Below, piece after piece: positions 31,471-41,917 of a DNA stretch of 64,000 nt. The stretch is from NCBI GenBank assembly GCA_963665775.2, contig CAXXTF010000001.1:32001-96000 (forward strand), written 5' to 3'. The number at the start of each line of letters is the position of its first letter. Within the stretch, counting starts at the first letter, position 1. This stretch comes from Dehalococcoidia bacterium (GTDB lineage: Bacteria > Chloroflexota > Dehalococcoidia > SM23-28-2 > RBG-16-64-32). Below the pieces are notes generated by a model. The model saw nothing but the letters and a program-made list of their open reading frames with translations. It was not told the DNA's origin and searched no databases. The position numbers were made by a program, and so were the translations under genes.

Positions 31471-32121
31471 TCAAGGCCACCGGCCGTCCTCGGCGCCCAG
31501 GTAGCACGTGTCGTTCAGGCCCACGACGACCACCTGCGGCGAGCCGTGCGGACCCTGGGACGTAATCTCGAGCGTAGTCAGCGAGGCGTTGTCGATGGCG
31601 AAGGGGTTGGGGTGGCGGTAGGGCCGTCCCAGCGCCGCCATCACGAACACGGCGATGGGCCCGCCGTGGGTCACTACTGCCACGGCCCCGTCCGCCTCGT
31701 GCCGGGCCGCGATCTCCCACACAGCGCTGCACACGCGCTCTCTGAACGTCTCCCGACCCTCCTCGCCGGGATAGCGGGGGAAGTCCGGCCCGCCGCTGCG
31801 GAGCGCCTCTACGATCTCCGGCTGCCTATCCCTGATCTCTTTCCAGGTCAGGCCGGAGAGCTCCGCCCCGAAGTCGTACTCTTGGACTCGCGGCTCCAAC
31901 CGGACGGTCAGGCCGGTCTGCGCTGCCAGGGGCTCGGCGGTCTCCATCGCCCTCCGCATAGGGCTGGCGTACACCGCGGCCAGGGGCATTGGCGCCAGGC
32001 GGGCCTTCAGAACCTCTGACTGACGCTCACCCCGCTCCGTTAGAGGGTACTCCCGGCGCCCCTGAAGGCGCCTCTCGCGGTTACCCAGAGACTCGGCATG
32101 TCGCACCAACAGCAGTTGCAT
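31471..32121 (-). CDS. Histidine phosphatase family protein
   Basis: LVRHAES, SPMRRA.ET, VTHGG. Confidence 0.93.
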   Translation of the reverse strand: MQLLLVRHAESLGNRERRLQGRREYPLTERGERQSEVLKARLAPMPLAAVYASPMRRAMETAEPLAAQTGLTVRLEPRVQEYDFGAELSGLTWKEIRDRQPEIVEALRSGGPDFPRYPGEEGRETFRERVCSAVWEIAARHEADGAVAVVTHGGPIAVFVMAALGRPYRHPNPFAIDNASLTTLEITSQGPHGSPQVVVVGLNDTCYLGAEDGRWP

Positions 32122-32254
32122 GAAGGGCTGTCCACTACTACGACACTCCCACCGTCAAGCGCACTCACCACAGCCTTTCACGTGCGCTCAGACGAGGTCC
32201 CACCTTACCTCTCGGCGAACGGCCCTGAGCAAACGGGGCTCCTGCACAGTCACC

Positions 32255-32827
32255 CTATCTCAAGAGCTCGATGAACTGATGCAGAATATGGGCGGTCGCT
32301 CCCCAAATGTAATGGCCTTCATAGCGGTAGGACGACGTCAGGACCTCACGGCCGGCCCGCTCTCGCACCTCCAGCTCCATATTCCGGTCGTCCATCAGGA
32401 AGGCCAGGGGAGCCTGCACCACCTGCGCTACTTCTTGCGTGTTCAGCACGAAGGGATACTCCGATGACGTGGTCAAGATGCCAACGTATGGGGTGACCCT
32501 GAAGTTGCTAGCCGTCACTATGTCATCGAGAGGGCCGATGATCTCCACCTCTTCGGGCCGCACCCCGATCTCCTCGTACGTCTCCCGCAGGGCCGTCTGC
32601 TCCAGATCGGCATCGTCGTCATCGAAGGCGCCACCCGGGAAGGAGACCTGCCCCTTGTGGTGCTCCACCTGGTCAGTCCGTTCCGTGAACAGAACGTGGG
32701 CTTCCCCATCCCGGTCGTACACGAGGATGAGGACCGCCGCCGGTATCGTGGCGTGGTCGTCATTATGACGCGGCGCGTATTCGGCCAGCGCCTGCCGGAC
32801 CTGCTCAAGCACTTCGTCGGCTGCCAT
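32255..32827 (-). CDS. CoA pyrophosphatase (Nudix)
   Basis: HKGQVSFPGG...ALRETYEEIG, IWGATA. Confidence 0.93.
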   Translation of the reverse strand: MAADEVLEQVRQALAEYAPRHNDDHATIPAAVLILVYDRDGEAHVLFTERTDQVEHHKGQVSFPGGAFDDDDADLEQTALRETYEEIGVRPEEVEIIGPLDDIVTASNFRVTPYVGILTTSSEYPFVLNTQEVAQVVQAPLAFLMDDRNMELEVRERAGREVLTSSYRYEGHYIWGATAHILHQFIELLR

Positions 32828-33001
32828 CCCAGTCCATCTTACAGCAGCATGCGGGGCCAGTCACCTTAAGCAATTCCGGCCCATGACGGTGCCATCCCTG
32901 CCCCACGCCCCGGAAGAATCAGCCCTGGCCAAGCACATGGCGCAAAGAACGCGGATGGCTTTGCGCAAGGGGGTGTACAGACGGTTAGGGGTGGCCCGAT
33001 C

Positions 33002-33076
33002 TGGTGGGCCCGGGAGGATTCGAACCTCCAACCAACCGGTTATGAGCCGGTCGCTCTGCCCTTGAGCTACGGGCCC
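33002..33076 (-). tRNA. tRNA with CAT anticodon (probably tRNA-Ile2; elongator Met not excluded)
   Basis: GGGCCCGTAGCTCAAGGGCAGAGCGACCGGCTCATAACCGG...GGTTCGAATCC...GGGCCCACCA. Confidence 0.92.
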
Positions 33077-33263
33077 GCCACCTGAATTGTATAGCGCCAC
33101 CGACGCCCCTTCAACACTTGTCACGCTCCCTTGCAGGGCGGCACAGAGCTTGGCCCCCAACAGCTCGTCATGTAACGGGCCCCCAGACCTCAACGTCTCA
33201 ACTTATGACTCACGTCCCGAGCGAACTGGGACGCGGCGATCCAGGCGAAAGGGGATATTCCGG

Positions 33264-34118
33264 ATGACCGCACCAGATGAGCTCCGTCCTTCCGACGCAA
33301 TTGCGGTCGAGGACGCAGCCGACTCCCAGAGCCTCAACCAGCGAATCTGGTCTTTGCGGCTTGCCGGCGCCGTCCTTCTAGTCGCCGTCTGGCTAACCGT
33401 TAGCGTGCGCGACATCGGCTCAACCTATTTCATTGTGGAGACGGTTGTATTCGGTATCCTGGGCACCTACGGCTTTCTGGCAGCTGCCGCCAGTCGGGGA
33501 GCGGCGGTCCGCCAAGAGGCGAAGCTGCGGCTGCGTCTCCTGGTGCGCAACATGGAACTGGAGAAGTCAGCGAAGCGCGATGACCTGACCCAGCTCTTCA
33601 ACCGCCGCTATCTATTCGAGCAGCTGGAGCGCGAGCTGCAAACGGCCAAAGAGAGCAACTGCCCATTGGCCGTCGTCATCGCCGACCTAGACTCTTTCAC
33701 GTCGATGAACAGCGCGTTCGGCCACCGCATGGGCGACAAGGCCCTGTCCCAATTCGGCCGGCTACTGCTCGACCAGGCGCGCGCCAGCGACGTGCCCGGC
33801 CGGATCGGCAGCGACGAGTTCGCGATCATCCTTCCGTACACTTCCGAGAGGGGCGCCCAGAGTGTGGTCGAGCGGCTATCCGCCGGGCTAGATAACACTG
33901 ACCTCATCGATAATGACGGTCTAGCCGTGCCGCTTACGGCCTGCTTTGGCATCTCCGGCTACCCCTGGGGCGGGGATACGGTTAACGGTATCATCCAGCA
34001 CGCGACCGCATCCCTTTACGCTTACCGGCAACCCGATGAGGGCGCTGTGCCCGCGATATTTCGGAAGTCGCTCGAATCCCTCGACGACGACTTCGAATCG
34101 GAAGAGCCCCAAGCCTGA
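33264..34118 (+). CDS. Membrane-anchored GGDEF-domain protein (GSDEF variant)
   Basis: Two TM helices, DDLTQLFNRR, DLDSF, RASD I-site, GSDEF. Confidence 0.88.
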   Translation: MTAPDELRPSDAIAVEDAADSQSLNQRIWSLRLAGAVLLVAVWLTVSVRDIGSTYFIVETVVFGILGTYGFLAAAASRGAAVRQEAKLRLRLLVRNMELEKSAKRDDLTQLFNRRYLFEQLERELQTAKESNCPLAVVIADLDSFTSMNSAFGHRMGDKALSQFGRLLLDQARASDVPGRIGSDEFAIILPYTSERGAQSVVERLSAGLDNTDLIDNDGLAVPLTACFGISGYPWGGDTVNGIIQHATASLYAYRQPDEGAVPAIFRKSLESLDDDFESEEPQA

Positions 34119-34283
34119 ACTCCTAGCCGTTGCCCCCCATCGGCTATCAGCGGCCGCGGCACCCCATCTCGCCAGACAAGGAGTATACTGCCTTTCTACC
34201 GGCCGTGACGCCGCCGTCAAGGTCTAGAGGGTCCGGAGGAGCAAGGCTACCGGCATCGGCTGGACCATCTGGAGAGTGATAAC

Positions 34284-34700
34284 ATGAGCTTCACTGTCAT
34301 TGAGCTTGAAGACATACCAGTCGCGTTCGTGAAGGTGGAAGGTGGTCCAACACACGCCGCGAAAGCCTTTGCAGAGCTAGAAGCGAGAATGGGGAGCTTT
34401 AGAGGGAAAAGGTTTTACGGGGTATTCGATGTCAACACCGGAGAATATAGGGCATGTGTGAGGCTGGACGAGAACAACCCTGATTCTATGGGACTTGATT
34501 CTGGAACCATACCAGGCAGAAAGTACGCGAGAACAAAAATAGTAGATTGGACGGGAAAGGAACATACCATAGGACCAACATTCGATGAACTAGTAAAGAA
34601 CTGCATAGAATCAGGGCACGAAATAGATATAACTCGCCCCAGCATCGAATTCTACAGAAGTCAACAAGAACTCTTTCTCTTAGTGCCAATCAGCAATTGA
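34284..34700 (+). CDS. GyrI-like small-molecule-binding protein
   Basis: RFYGVF...YRACV...PSIEFYRSQ; markedly AT-richer than its neighbours. Confidence 0.7.
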   Translation: MSFTVIELEDIPVAFVKVEGGPTHAAKAFAELEARMGSFRGKRFYGVFDVNTGEYRACVRLDENNPDSMGLDSGTIPGRKYARTKIVDWTGKEHTIGPTFDELVKNCIESGHEIDITRPSIEFYRSQQELFLLVPISN

Positions 34701-34758
34701 TTTAGCCTCGGCACCAGAATTGAATATCAGCTGACTCGTTCGCCAGTGGGGTGATGTC

Positions 34759-37311
34759 TTACTGCCGCCAGACCCGCCCGCGCTCGGCCTCATCGTCAGA
34801 AGGTCTCGCCGTGAGCCAGTCGATAATCCGCGGCCAGTAGCGGCTGAGGTAGAACTGCCCGGCAAGCGCCGCCAGCACTGCGGGCAACACTATGGCCCAC
34901 TGCCCCGGCCCCATCTCCGTGAAGTCGAAGAACCGGCGGAGCCAGGAAGTGTATAGGGTCAGCGCGAATGCCGTCAACAATAGCCCACCAAGGACAGTCG
35001 TCAGGACTGGACGGGTGAGATTTCGAACCGATACCCTCTGGAAACCCTCGAAACCCAGCACCTCCACCATGTACAGAATCCCGGTAATGCCGATGGTCAG
35101 CGAGACGAGCGTGCGCGTCTCCTCTACGGAGCGGCCCAGCAACCCCTGTGTGAAAAGGTCCACAGAGATACCCGCCGCCGCCAGCGACAGGGATGCCGGC
35201 AGGGCGAAGCGCATCACGCTGTGTGTGAAGTCACGTCCGGCATCAGGCGGCGGCACGCTCATGGAGATGAACACCGTAGGAATGCCCAGCGTGAGCAGGC
35301 TGGTGAGCGACCCCTGGCGAGGAAGGAACGGAAAGTCCAGGCCTAGCATATTGGTGGCCACGATGATCAGGTAAGCATAGAGACTCTTGGTTATGAAGAG
35401 CTTGCTCAAGCGCGTCACATTGCCCACCACCGTCTTGGCCTCTTTCGTTCCCTTGATCAGCGCCTCGAAAGAGTCGTCCAGCAGCACGATGCCGGAGACA
35501 GCGCGCGCCGTCTCCGTGCCCGAGACCATCGCTACCGCGACATCGGCGGCGTGCAGGGCCCGCACGTCGTTGGCGCCGTCTCCCACCATCGCCACGAAAT
35601 GGCCATTACCCTTGAGCCTAGCGACGATCTGCGCCTTCTGCGCCGGGGTCACCCTACCGAAGACGCTATGCCCTTCCACGGCGGCGGCGAAGGCGTCGTC
35701 CTCCAGCCTCTCAAGCTCCGTGCCGGAGATGGCGCCCCCCTTCAGCGTGATCCCGACCTGGGTAGCCAAAGCGAGGACGGTCTCCGGATTATCGCCGCTA
35801 ATCAGCTTCGGCTCGATGCCTAGGTCCGCCATCATGGCGAACGCCCCGTCCACCTCCGATCGGAGAACGTCTGTGAACGAAATCAGCGCCAGCGGACGAG
35901 GGCGGGAGAGCGCCTCCCCCACCTCGGGCAGGGACTCGATCTCGGCGAAGACGACCGCGCGGAAGCCGGACGCGACCGACTCTTCGTACGCGGTGAGCAT
36001 GGTATCGTCCACCCGGCCATCCTCGGCCAGGGACAGCAGGATCTCCGGCGCCCCCAGGAGGAAGGTGCGCCGCTCCTCCCCCAGTCGCAGTCGGAGCGCG
36101 CTCCAGCGCCTCTCCGAGCTGAACGAAACGCTCCCCTCCGGCTGGGCGCCATGAGACATCCCCGCCAGCGCCTCGGCGAGGGTGGCTGTCGTCTTGCTCT
36201 CGCCGGCCATCGCCGCGGCGAACGCCGCCAACCAGGACGCGTCCGCCTCGGCACCGGGAGCCCAGTGCATCGAGCGGAGCGTTAGCTCGTTGGCGGTGAG
36301 CGTGCCCGTCTTGTCCAGGCAGACGACATCCACGTAGTTCAGCGCCTCGACGGCGGTGATGTCCTGCACCAGCGCCCTGGCGCGCGATACCCGTACCGCC
36401 CCGATCGCGAACGCCACCGTGACCGCAAGGATGAGCCCCTCCGGGACAATGGTAGCGATCGTGGCCGTTGTCGCCTTGATCGCCTCGGCGAGGCCGCGAT
36501 CCTCAACGTTGAAGGAGATGAGAAGCATCGCCCCCAACACCGCTGTCGCGACCAGGAGTACACGCACCAGCCGCTTGAACCGGAGCTGGAGGGGTGAGAG
36601 ACGGCGCACGAGGCTCCGCGCCTCGGCTGCGAGTTGCACAGCGTAAGCCTCAGCACCCACCCTCTCGGCCACGTAGTGGCAGCTTCCAGAAGTACAGAAA
36701 CTGCCGGAAAGCAGCGCCTCACCCTGCGTCTTCGGGCTGGGGTCCGATTCGCCCGTGAGCAGCGATTCGTCGATCTCAGCGACGCCGCTGACCACCGGTC
36801 CATCGGCGACAACCTGATGGCCTCGCTCCAGGTGGATGAGGTCACCCTGGACGACCTGCTCAGCGGGAATCGCGATCTCCTGGCCATCACGCACGACGGT
36901 GGCACGCGGGGTAGCGAGGGCCGCCAGTTCCCGCAGTTTTCTTGTGGCGCGAAGCTCCTGATAGGTGGCGATAGCCACGTTCGCCACGACCACGATCCCC
37001 ACGAAAACGCCGTCCTGGAAGTGCCCGATGTCCGTGTCCACGATGGCGAGGACGAACAGGATCAGGATCAGGCTGCCTAGGCCCAGATTGAAGAACGTGA
37101 GCGCGTTGGCGCGGATGACTTCGCCATCTGTCCGTCGCCTCGTGGTATCGACGTTGGCCAGCCCTCGGTCGGCCCGGGCCAGCGCCTCAACCGTCGTAAG
37201 CCCCACCGGACGGGACTGCAACGCGTCCCTGGGCTCCTCTGTAGCTCCCTTCACCTGATAAGACCTGGTCGACGGCTCAGCGACGCATCCATGGGGGATC
37301 GATAACCTCAA
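34759..37311 (-). CDS. P-type cation-transporting ATPase (CtpE-like)
   Basis: LTGES, VPEGL, DKTGT, SGDN, GDGAND. Confidence 0.95.
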   Translation of the reverse strand: MRLSIPHGCVAEPSTRSYQVKGATEEPRDALQSRPVGLTTVEALARADRGLANVDTTRRRTDGEVIRANALTFFNLGLGSLILILFVLAIVDTDIGHFQDGVFVGIVVVANVAIATYQELRATRKLRELAALATPRATVVRDGQEIAIPAEQVVQGDLIHLERGHQVVADGPVVSGVAEIDESLLTGESDPSPKTQGEALLSGSFCTSGSCHYVAERVGAEAYAVQLAAEARSLVRRLSPLQLRFKRLVRVLLVATAVLGAMLLISFNVEDRGLAEAIKATTATIATIVPEGLILAVTVAFAIGAVRVSRARALVQDITAVEALNYVDVVCLDKTGTLTANELTLRSMHWAPGAEADASWLAAFAAAMAGESKTTATLAEALAGMSHGAQPEGSVSFSSERRWSALRLRLGEERRTFLLGAPEILLSLAEDGRVDDTMLTAYEESVASGFRAVVFAEIESLPEVGEALSRPRPLALISFTDVLRSEVDGAFAMMADLGIEPKLISGDNPETVLALATQVGITLKGGAISGTELERLEDDAFAAAVEGHSVFGRVTPAQKAQIVARLKGNGHFVAMVGDGANDVRALHAADVAVAMVSGTETARAVSGIVLLDDSFEALIKGTKEAKTVVGNVTRLSKLFITKSLYAYLIIVATNMLGLDFPFLPRQGSLTSLLTLGIPTVFISMSVPPPDAGRDFTHSVMRFALPASLSLAAAGISVDLFTQGLLGRSVEETRTLVSLTIGITGILYMVEVLGFEGFQRVSVRNLTRPVLTTVLGGLLLTAFALTLYTSWLRRFFDFTEMGPGQWAIVLPAVLAALAGQFYLSRYWPRIIDWLTARPSDDEAERGRVWRQ

Positions 37312-37445
37312 TCGCTACGACAGGCACAGACTCGCCCCCTCTCAACACTCGTCACCGGGAGTGCTATCGACACGAACTTCGTTGCCGCCCATGTTAGCAC
37401 CGGAGCGGCCCGGCAGGCGGATCATGCACAGGCCGTGGCAAAAGG

Positions 37446-38381
37446 CTAGGGAATCAGGGAGAGGAAGCCGTCCAGGGCGTCAAACCCGATATCCCCCGTG
37501 CGGGAGAACGTCACCACAACCATGTTCCTGTTCCACCATACAGACCCGTGATCGGGGAGACTGCGGCCCTCCTTGGGCTCCGGCGCCCTGCCGGAGACCA
37601 ACTCCCAGTCCCCCCTAGCCTCCTCCCGATTGCCATACACGAAGAGGGATAGCTGCATCGAAGCGTCGCCCCGGACGAGGCTCACATCGAGGGGCGCGAT
37701 CGAGAAGCCGCTGTAGCCGGCGCTGAGGTCTCCCAGAGCCACGACTATGTCCCGGGCTTCCCATTCCTCCCGCAAGTCGACGACGGAGAAGGGGTTGCCC
37801 ACCGGGAAACGTATCGGTATGGCGGTGGCGGTAGGGAGCAGAGTTGCGCCCACCGTAGGAGCGGGCGTGATCGTAGGGGTAGGCGAGGGCGAGGAGAAGC
37901 TCGCGACGTCGCCGTCCCTGTCGTCCAGAATGCCCGTACCGAACAGCACACCCGCAGCGATTGCGGTGATTGCGGCCACAGCAACGAGGCCAAGAACGGT
38001 TCTCACCATCCAGGGCCAGAGGAGACCACCTGTTGAGATTGAGGGGTGTCGCCCCCCTGAACTCCCGGATCCGCTGGCCTCAGCGCCGGAGGCCGCAGCA
38101 GGGGGCGGCGCCTCCTCTACCGACCCCTCGTCAGCCTGCCCGGCGGTGGGGGCAAGCTGCTGAGCTCGCTGTCGGTCGGCATCGGCCTGGGGCGCCATGC
38201 CCAGCCGCTCAAAGACATCCGCCCGGTTCACGTACGAGCGAGGGTAGGAGGGAGCGATCCAGATCGCATCGTTGAGATCGTTGAGGGCCTGGCGCAGTTT
38301 GCCTTTGGCGAGCAGCCTAATCGCCGCCGCATTCTTCTCCTCGGCCCTCCGAATCGCTTCGGCAGACGGTCGTGGCCGCAT
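37446..38381 (-). CDS. TPR-repeat membrane protein
   Basis: N-terminal TPR-like helices, one TM helix, Pro/Thr linker. Confidence 0.7.
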   Translation of the reverse strand: MRPRPSAEAIRRAEEKNAAAIRLLAKGKLRQALNDLNDAIWIAPSYPRSYVNRADVFERLGMAPQADADRQRAQQLAPTAGQADEGSVEEAPPPAAASGAEASGSGSSGGRHPSISTGGLLWPWMVRTVLGLVAVAAITAIAAGVLFGTGILDDRDGDVASFSSPSPTPTITPAPTVGATLLPTATAIPIRFPVGNPFSVVDLREEWEARDIVVALGDLSAGYSGFSIAPLDVSLVRGDASMQLSLFVYGNREEARGDWELVSGRAPEPKEGRSLPDHGSVWWNRNMVVVTFSRTGDIGFDALDGFLSLIP

Positions 38382-38803
38382 CGTTCGCCCTCCTGGCGGC
38401 GCTGAGCGCGTCCCAACGCCACTCGCAGCCTAACACGCTGGTCAACAGTGACCGCAATGTCAACGTTTCAGAGTCAACCAGGTTACGCCACGATAAGAGG
38501 AGGAGATGGCTACTATCGGCCGGATCGGAGCCGCCAGCCCGCCCCGACAGGAACATCGGCGCCACCGGACGATACAGAACGAGGCAGCTAATCGTGCGAT
38601 ACTCGTGATAGTGGCCGTCCTGCTCGCCTCCTCGACTACTCAGGCCGTTGCGAGCCTTGAAACTGCAGGCAGACAGCTCTTTACCTACGGATTATGGGGA
38701 CATGCCATGCACGGGGAGGGTAGAATGTACACAACAGTTTCATCACACAACGAGAACCGGAAAGTCGAGATGAACCGGACAGTCGAAGCGAAGAGATCGC
38801 GCC

Positions 38804-39538
38804 ATGAATGACGCACCCAGCATCGTTGAACTGGTCCGCAACGGCACCCTGAGTCCAGAGATGGCCGCCCTCCTGTGGGCGGCGGTAGACGAGCGGCGAT
38901 CGTTCGTCGTGGTAGCCATTCCCCGCCTGGCCGGCAAGACCACTGTGATGAACGCCATGCTGGCCCTACTCACTCCCGGGGTTCCCGTGCACCGGCTGGG
39001 CGGCGACGAAGCGGAGATGGGACGGCTGGCGGCGGCAGCAACGGGCGGCTACCTCGTCGTGGGCGAGTTTAGCCAGGCGCCGGTGCCCACGTACATCTGG
39101 GGGGCGCCCGTCCGTCGCCTGTTCGAGACTCTCGAAAACGGGTACTCCCTAGCCACCGCCCTGCACGCGCCGGGCCTACAGGAGACCTTCGACGTCATCT
39201 GCCAGGGCAATGCCGTGAGCGACGCGGCAGCATCCCGCATCAACCTTGTGCTGTATATCCGCCGGTTCGGCGATGGGCCGGAGACGTTCTGGCGACGCCT
39301 CATGGAGCTGCACGAGGTGGATGGCGTGGAGCGAGGACGTCCGCAGGGGCGGCTCCTTCATCGCTGGGTCGAGGAAGGCGATAGGTTCGAGACCGTGGAG
39401 GCACCACGCCTTCTGCGGGCCGACGCCCAAGAGCTGAAGGCCCGAGCAGAGCGGCTAGCCGAGCTGGCACGGTCGGGGCGAACCGCCGCCGCGGATGTGA
39501 CGGAGCTCGTGGCCGAGTACGAACGCCGGCAGCAGTAG
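38804..39538 (+). CDS. P-loop ATPase, secretion ATPase (VirB11/GspE)-like, stand-alone
   Basis: LVRNGTLS, Walker A PRLAGKTT, VVGEFS, ATALHA. Confidence 0.75.
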   Translation: MNDAPSIVELVRNGTLSPEMAALLWAAVDERRSFVVVAIPRLAGKTTVMNAMLALLTPGVPVHRLGGDEAEMGRLAAAATGGYLVVGEFSQAPVPTYIWGAPVRRLFETLENGYSLATALHAPGLQETFDVICQGNAVSDAAASRINLVLYIRRFGDGPETFWRRLMELHEVDGVERGRPQGRLLHRWVEEGDRFETVEAPRLLRADAQELKARAERLAELARSGRTAAADVTELVAEYERRQQ

Positions 39539-39560
39539 GGATACCCGACCGATCGATCCG

Positions 39561-40424
39561 CTAGAGGATCACCCGCCGAGGGGGACGGCCGGAAGCGCGC
39601 CGGAAGTCGAGGAAGAGGTAGCGCCCGTCCAGCTCCTCCACGCGGCAGCGACGGGGGTTCCCGACAGCGACCTCGACATCGCGGACCAGGCGCGTCAACT
39701 CGGCGGCCGCTCCCCCCTTCACGGCGAGTATGCCTGAGCCGGCGGCGGTTTGCAGTTGAGCGGCGGTCAGCGTGAGCAGCCACCCCAGGGTCAGCTCGGC
39801 CCAGCCCAAGTGAAAGCTGTTGCTGGCGAAGGCCAGGGCCAGCCTCCTGGGGCCGGAGTCCGGTCCCACCTGAAGGACGGTGACGCCAAAGTGGGGCAGG
39901 CAGAGGTCTGTCAGCAGCCGATACATGGGCCCCAGGAGCTGGTCATCCGCCAGGAGGGCGTCGGCCCGAAAGCGGCCGATGTCGATCGAGAGGGCGATGT
40001 GCTCGCGGTCCTGGACGACGGCATCGGCGAGCCATTCCAGGTACCCTGCGAACTCGTCGGCCAGGAGACCCCGCTGACCGGCGATGCAGTCGCAGGCGCT
40101 ACGCAAGAGGGGCGCGCAGCCAACGTAGGAGCCTCGATCCATGAGGGCGCAAGCTTCGGCAAGACAGGAGAATGTGCGCGACCAGAGACCTAGCAACGCC
40201 ACCCCCTGCGGGGTGCGGTTCTTGGCATTATCGGCAACAATCTGAAGCTGCTGGTTCATGGACCGCTCGAACAGCTCCATATCGGCGCCAAGGAGAAACC
40301 GAGTCTGGCGGTGGGAGTCCCTGGCCGCGGCAGGGGCCGTCGCCGAACCTGACGGCAGGTCATAGCGATCGGGGAAGGCGGTTAGGGAGCTGTGTAGCCT
40401 GCGCCGGGGCGTCTGTTCAGACAT
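39561..40424 (-). CDS. Hypothetical protein
   Basis: 287-aa ORF with host-like codon bias. Confidence 0.65.
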   Translation of the reverse strand: MSEQTPRRRLHSSLTAFPDRYDLPSGSATAPAAARDSHRQTRFLLGADMELFERSMNQQLQIVADNAKNRTPQGVALLGLWSRTFSCLAEACALMDRGSYVGCAPLLRSACDCIAGQRGLLADEFAGYLEWLADAVVQDREHIALSIDIGRFRADALLADDQLLGPMYRLLTDLCLPHFGVTVLQVGPDSGPRRLALAFASNSFHLGWAELTLGWLLTLTAAQLQTAAGSGILAVKGGAAAELTRLVRDVEVAVGNPRRCRVEELDGRYLFLDFRRASGRPPRRVIL

Positions 40425-40638
40425 CTCAAGCTAGAACCGAATGCCGGGAAGCCGTCACCACTGTCGAGTCGGTCACACACAGATCGCATCCGACTATAAC
40501 GGATGCAACGAGTTCGCTGCGCCGGTATAATGCTTGATGGCACACGCGGTGTCAAACTAGGGGGATGTCAGAGTCTCGTTCCGGAATCCCCGATATGATC
40601 GACCGAAACACGCCACGGCCAATGGAAAGGATCTTGCG

Positions 40639-41103
40639 ATGCCCCTGAAGATAGGCGACCCGGCCCCGGAGCTGTCCCTCACGGACGCCAGCCGCAACCG
40701 CCTTACGCTAGCCGACTTCAAAGGCCAGAAGAGCCTGGTCCTGGCCTTTTACGCTCTAGCCTTCACCGGCGGCTGAACCCGCGAGCTGCAGGCCTTTCGC
40801 GATGTCATGAGCGACTTCGAGGAGGCCGGCGCCCAGGTCGTGGGCGTAAGCGTAGACCCGTTCCCCTCGCAGGGCGCCTTTGCTAAGAGCCTGGAGCTGA
40901 ACTTCCCCCTGGCCTCAGACTGGCCTAACTACGACACCGCCCGGGCCTACGACGTTTGGCAGGAGGAGCGGAGGGTTACCAGCCGCGTCACCTATGTCAT
41001 CGATAAGGACGGGACCATCAGGGGCGTGATCGAGAGCGCCACAGACATGGAGATCCACTCCCGGGAAGCGCTGCGTATCGTTACGGAGATAGCGGGAAAG
41101 TGA
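40639..41103 (+). CDS. Selenocysteine-containing peroxiredoxin (AhpC/TSA, AhpE/BCP-like; Sec at TGA 40774-40776)
   Basis: MPLKIGDPAP...LVLAFYALAFTGG-U-TRELQAFRD continues in frame into ORF 40807-41103; TGA sits at the peroxidatic TxxC position. Confidence 0.9.
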
Positions 41104-41146
41104 GCCCGAGTATGGGCCCTAACAGCCGGCAAGGAGGCGGGACACG

Positions 41147-41506
41147 ATGATCAAGGGGCTGCGGCTAACCTCAATCTGGAGCCAGGATCTGAACAATTTG
41201 CTTCCGTTCTACCGAGACGTTCTCGGCCTGGAGATAGGATTACAGGCGCCAGGCTTCGTCGTCCTGGGCGATCCGAACGGCCCGGCGGTTGCCTTGGGAA
41301 CGCACAGCGAAGTGCGGGGAAACGCGTCCGACCCCGCACGCCACCTCGTAGCCTTCGACACGGACGACATCCAGGGAGACTTCGCACGGCTGAAAAGCTC
41401 GGGAGTAGAGTTCATCGAGGAGCCGAACAAGCAGGATAACGTATGGATCGCCACGTTCAAGGACCCGGAGGGGAATCTGCTACAACTCTTCCAGTTCGAG
41501 GATTGA
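41147..41506 (+). CDS. VOC/glyoxalase family protein
   Basis: FYRDVLGL, FKDPEGNLLQL. Confidence 0.9.
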   Translation: MIKGLRLTSIWSQDLNNLLPFYRDVLGLEIGLQAPGFVVLGDPNGPAVALGTHSEVRGNASDPARHLVAFDTDDIQGDFARLKSSGVEFIEEPNKQDNVWIATFKDPEGNLLQLFQFED

Positions 41507-41917
41507 GTCGTCGATCAAGAGGGCTTCTGACCCGCCAGAACCAGGGTGGCGGCGGCCATCGGGTTGACCTCCTCCACCCAGGCTGGAGGAGGCGAAATCC
41601 GGCCAAAGCAGGTTCTCCGTCCGCAGACGTGCCCCTCTGGAACACGCCGTGATCGAAGCGAACGGCAGGCCTCATTCCCGCCGCCCACGAATATAAACTT
41701 GACACCAGGCAGCCGCCGCTGGCAGGCTTATCCCGCAACTCGAGAGCCAGAGCCGCGCCGGCCCGGCGGCGGGAGACCGTAGACTCAGGCGACAATCTTC
41801 TGCCCATATAGACTTCGACACGATGGCCAATCTCATAGCGCCCCGCGATTGTTGAGACCACCCAGGCCACGAGATGGCCGCCGATTCAAGGATGCCGACC
41901 CAGAAGGGAGATGTAGT

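Noticed and set aside
30820-32019. Long antisense or alternative-frame ORFs here and at 48314-49768, 59230-60135 and 60784-62019
   Set aside because: They overlap confidently identified genes and have no recognisable motifs
33087-33263. N-terminal extensions in the ORF track (also 24611-24748, 41849-41917 and 56518-56649)
   Set aside because: Downstream starts with better RBS or domain boundaries exist; 56518 overlaps a tRNA
41507-41917. Long intergenic region as a possible ncRNA
   Set aside because: Only isolated hairpins, with no recognisable RNA family motif
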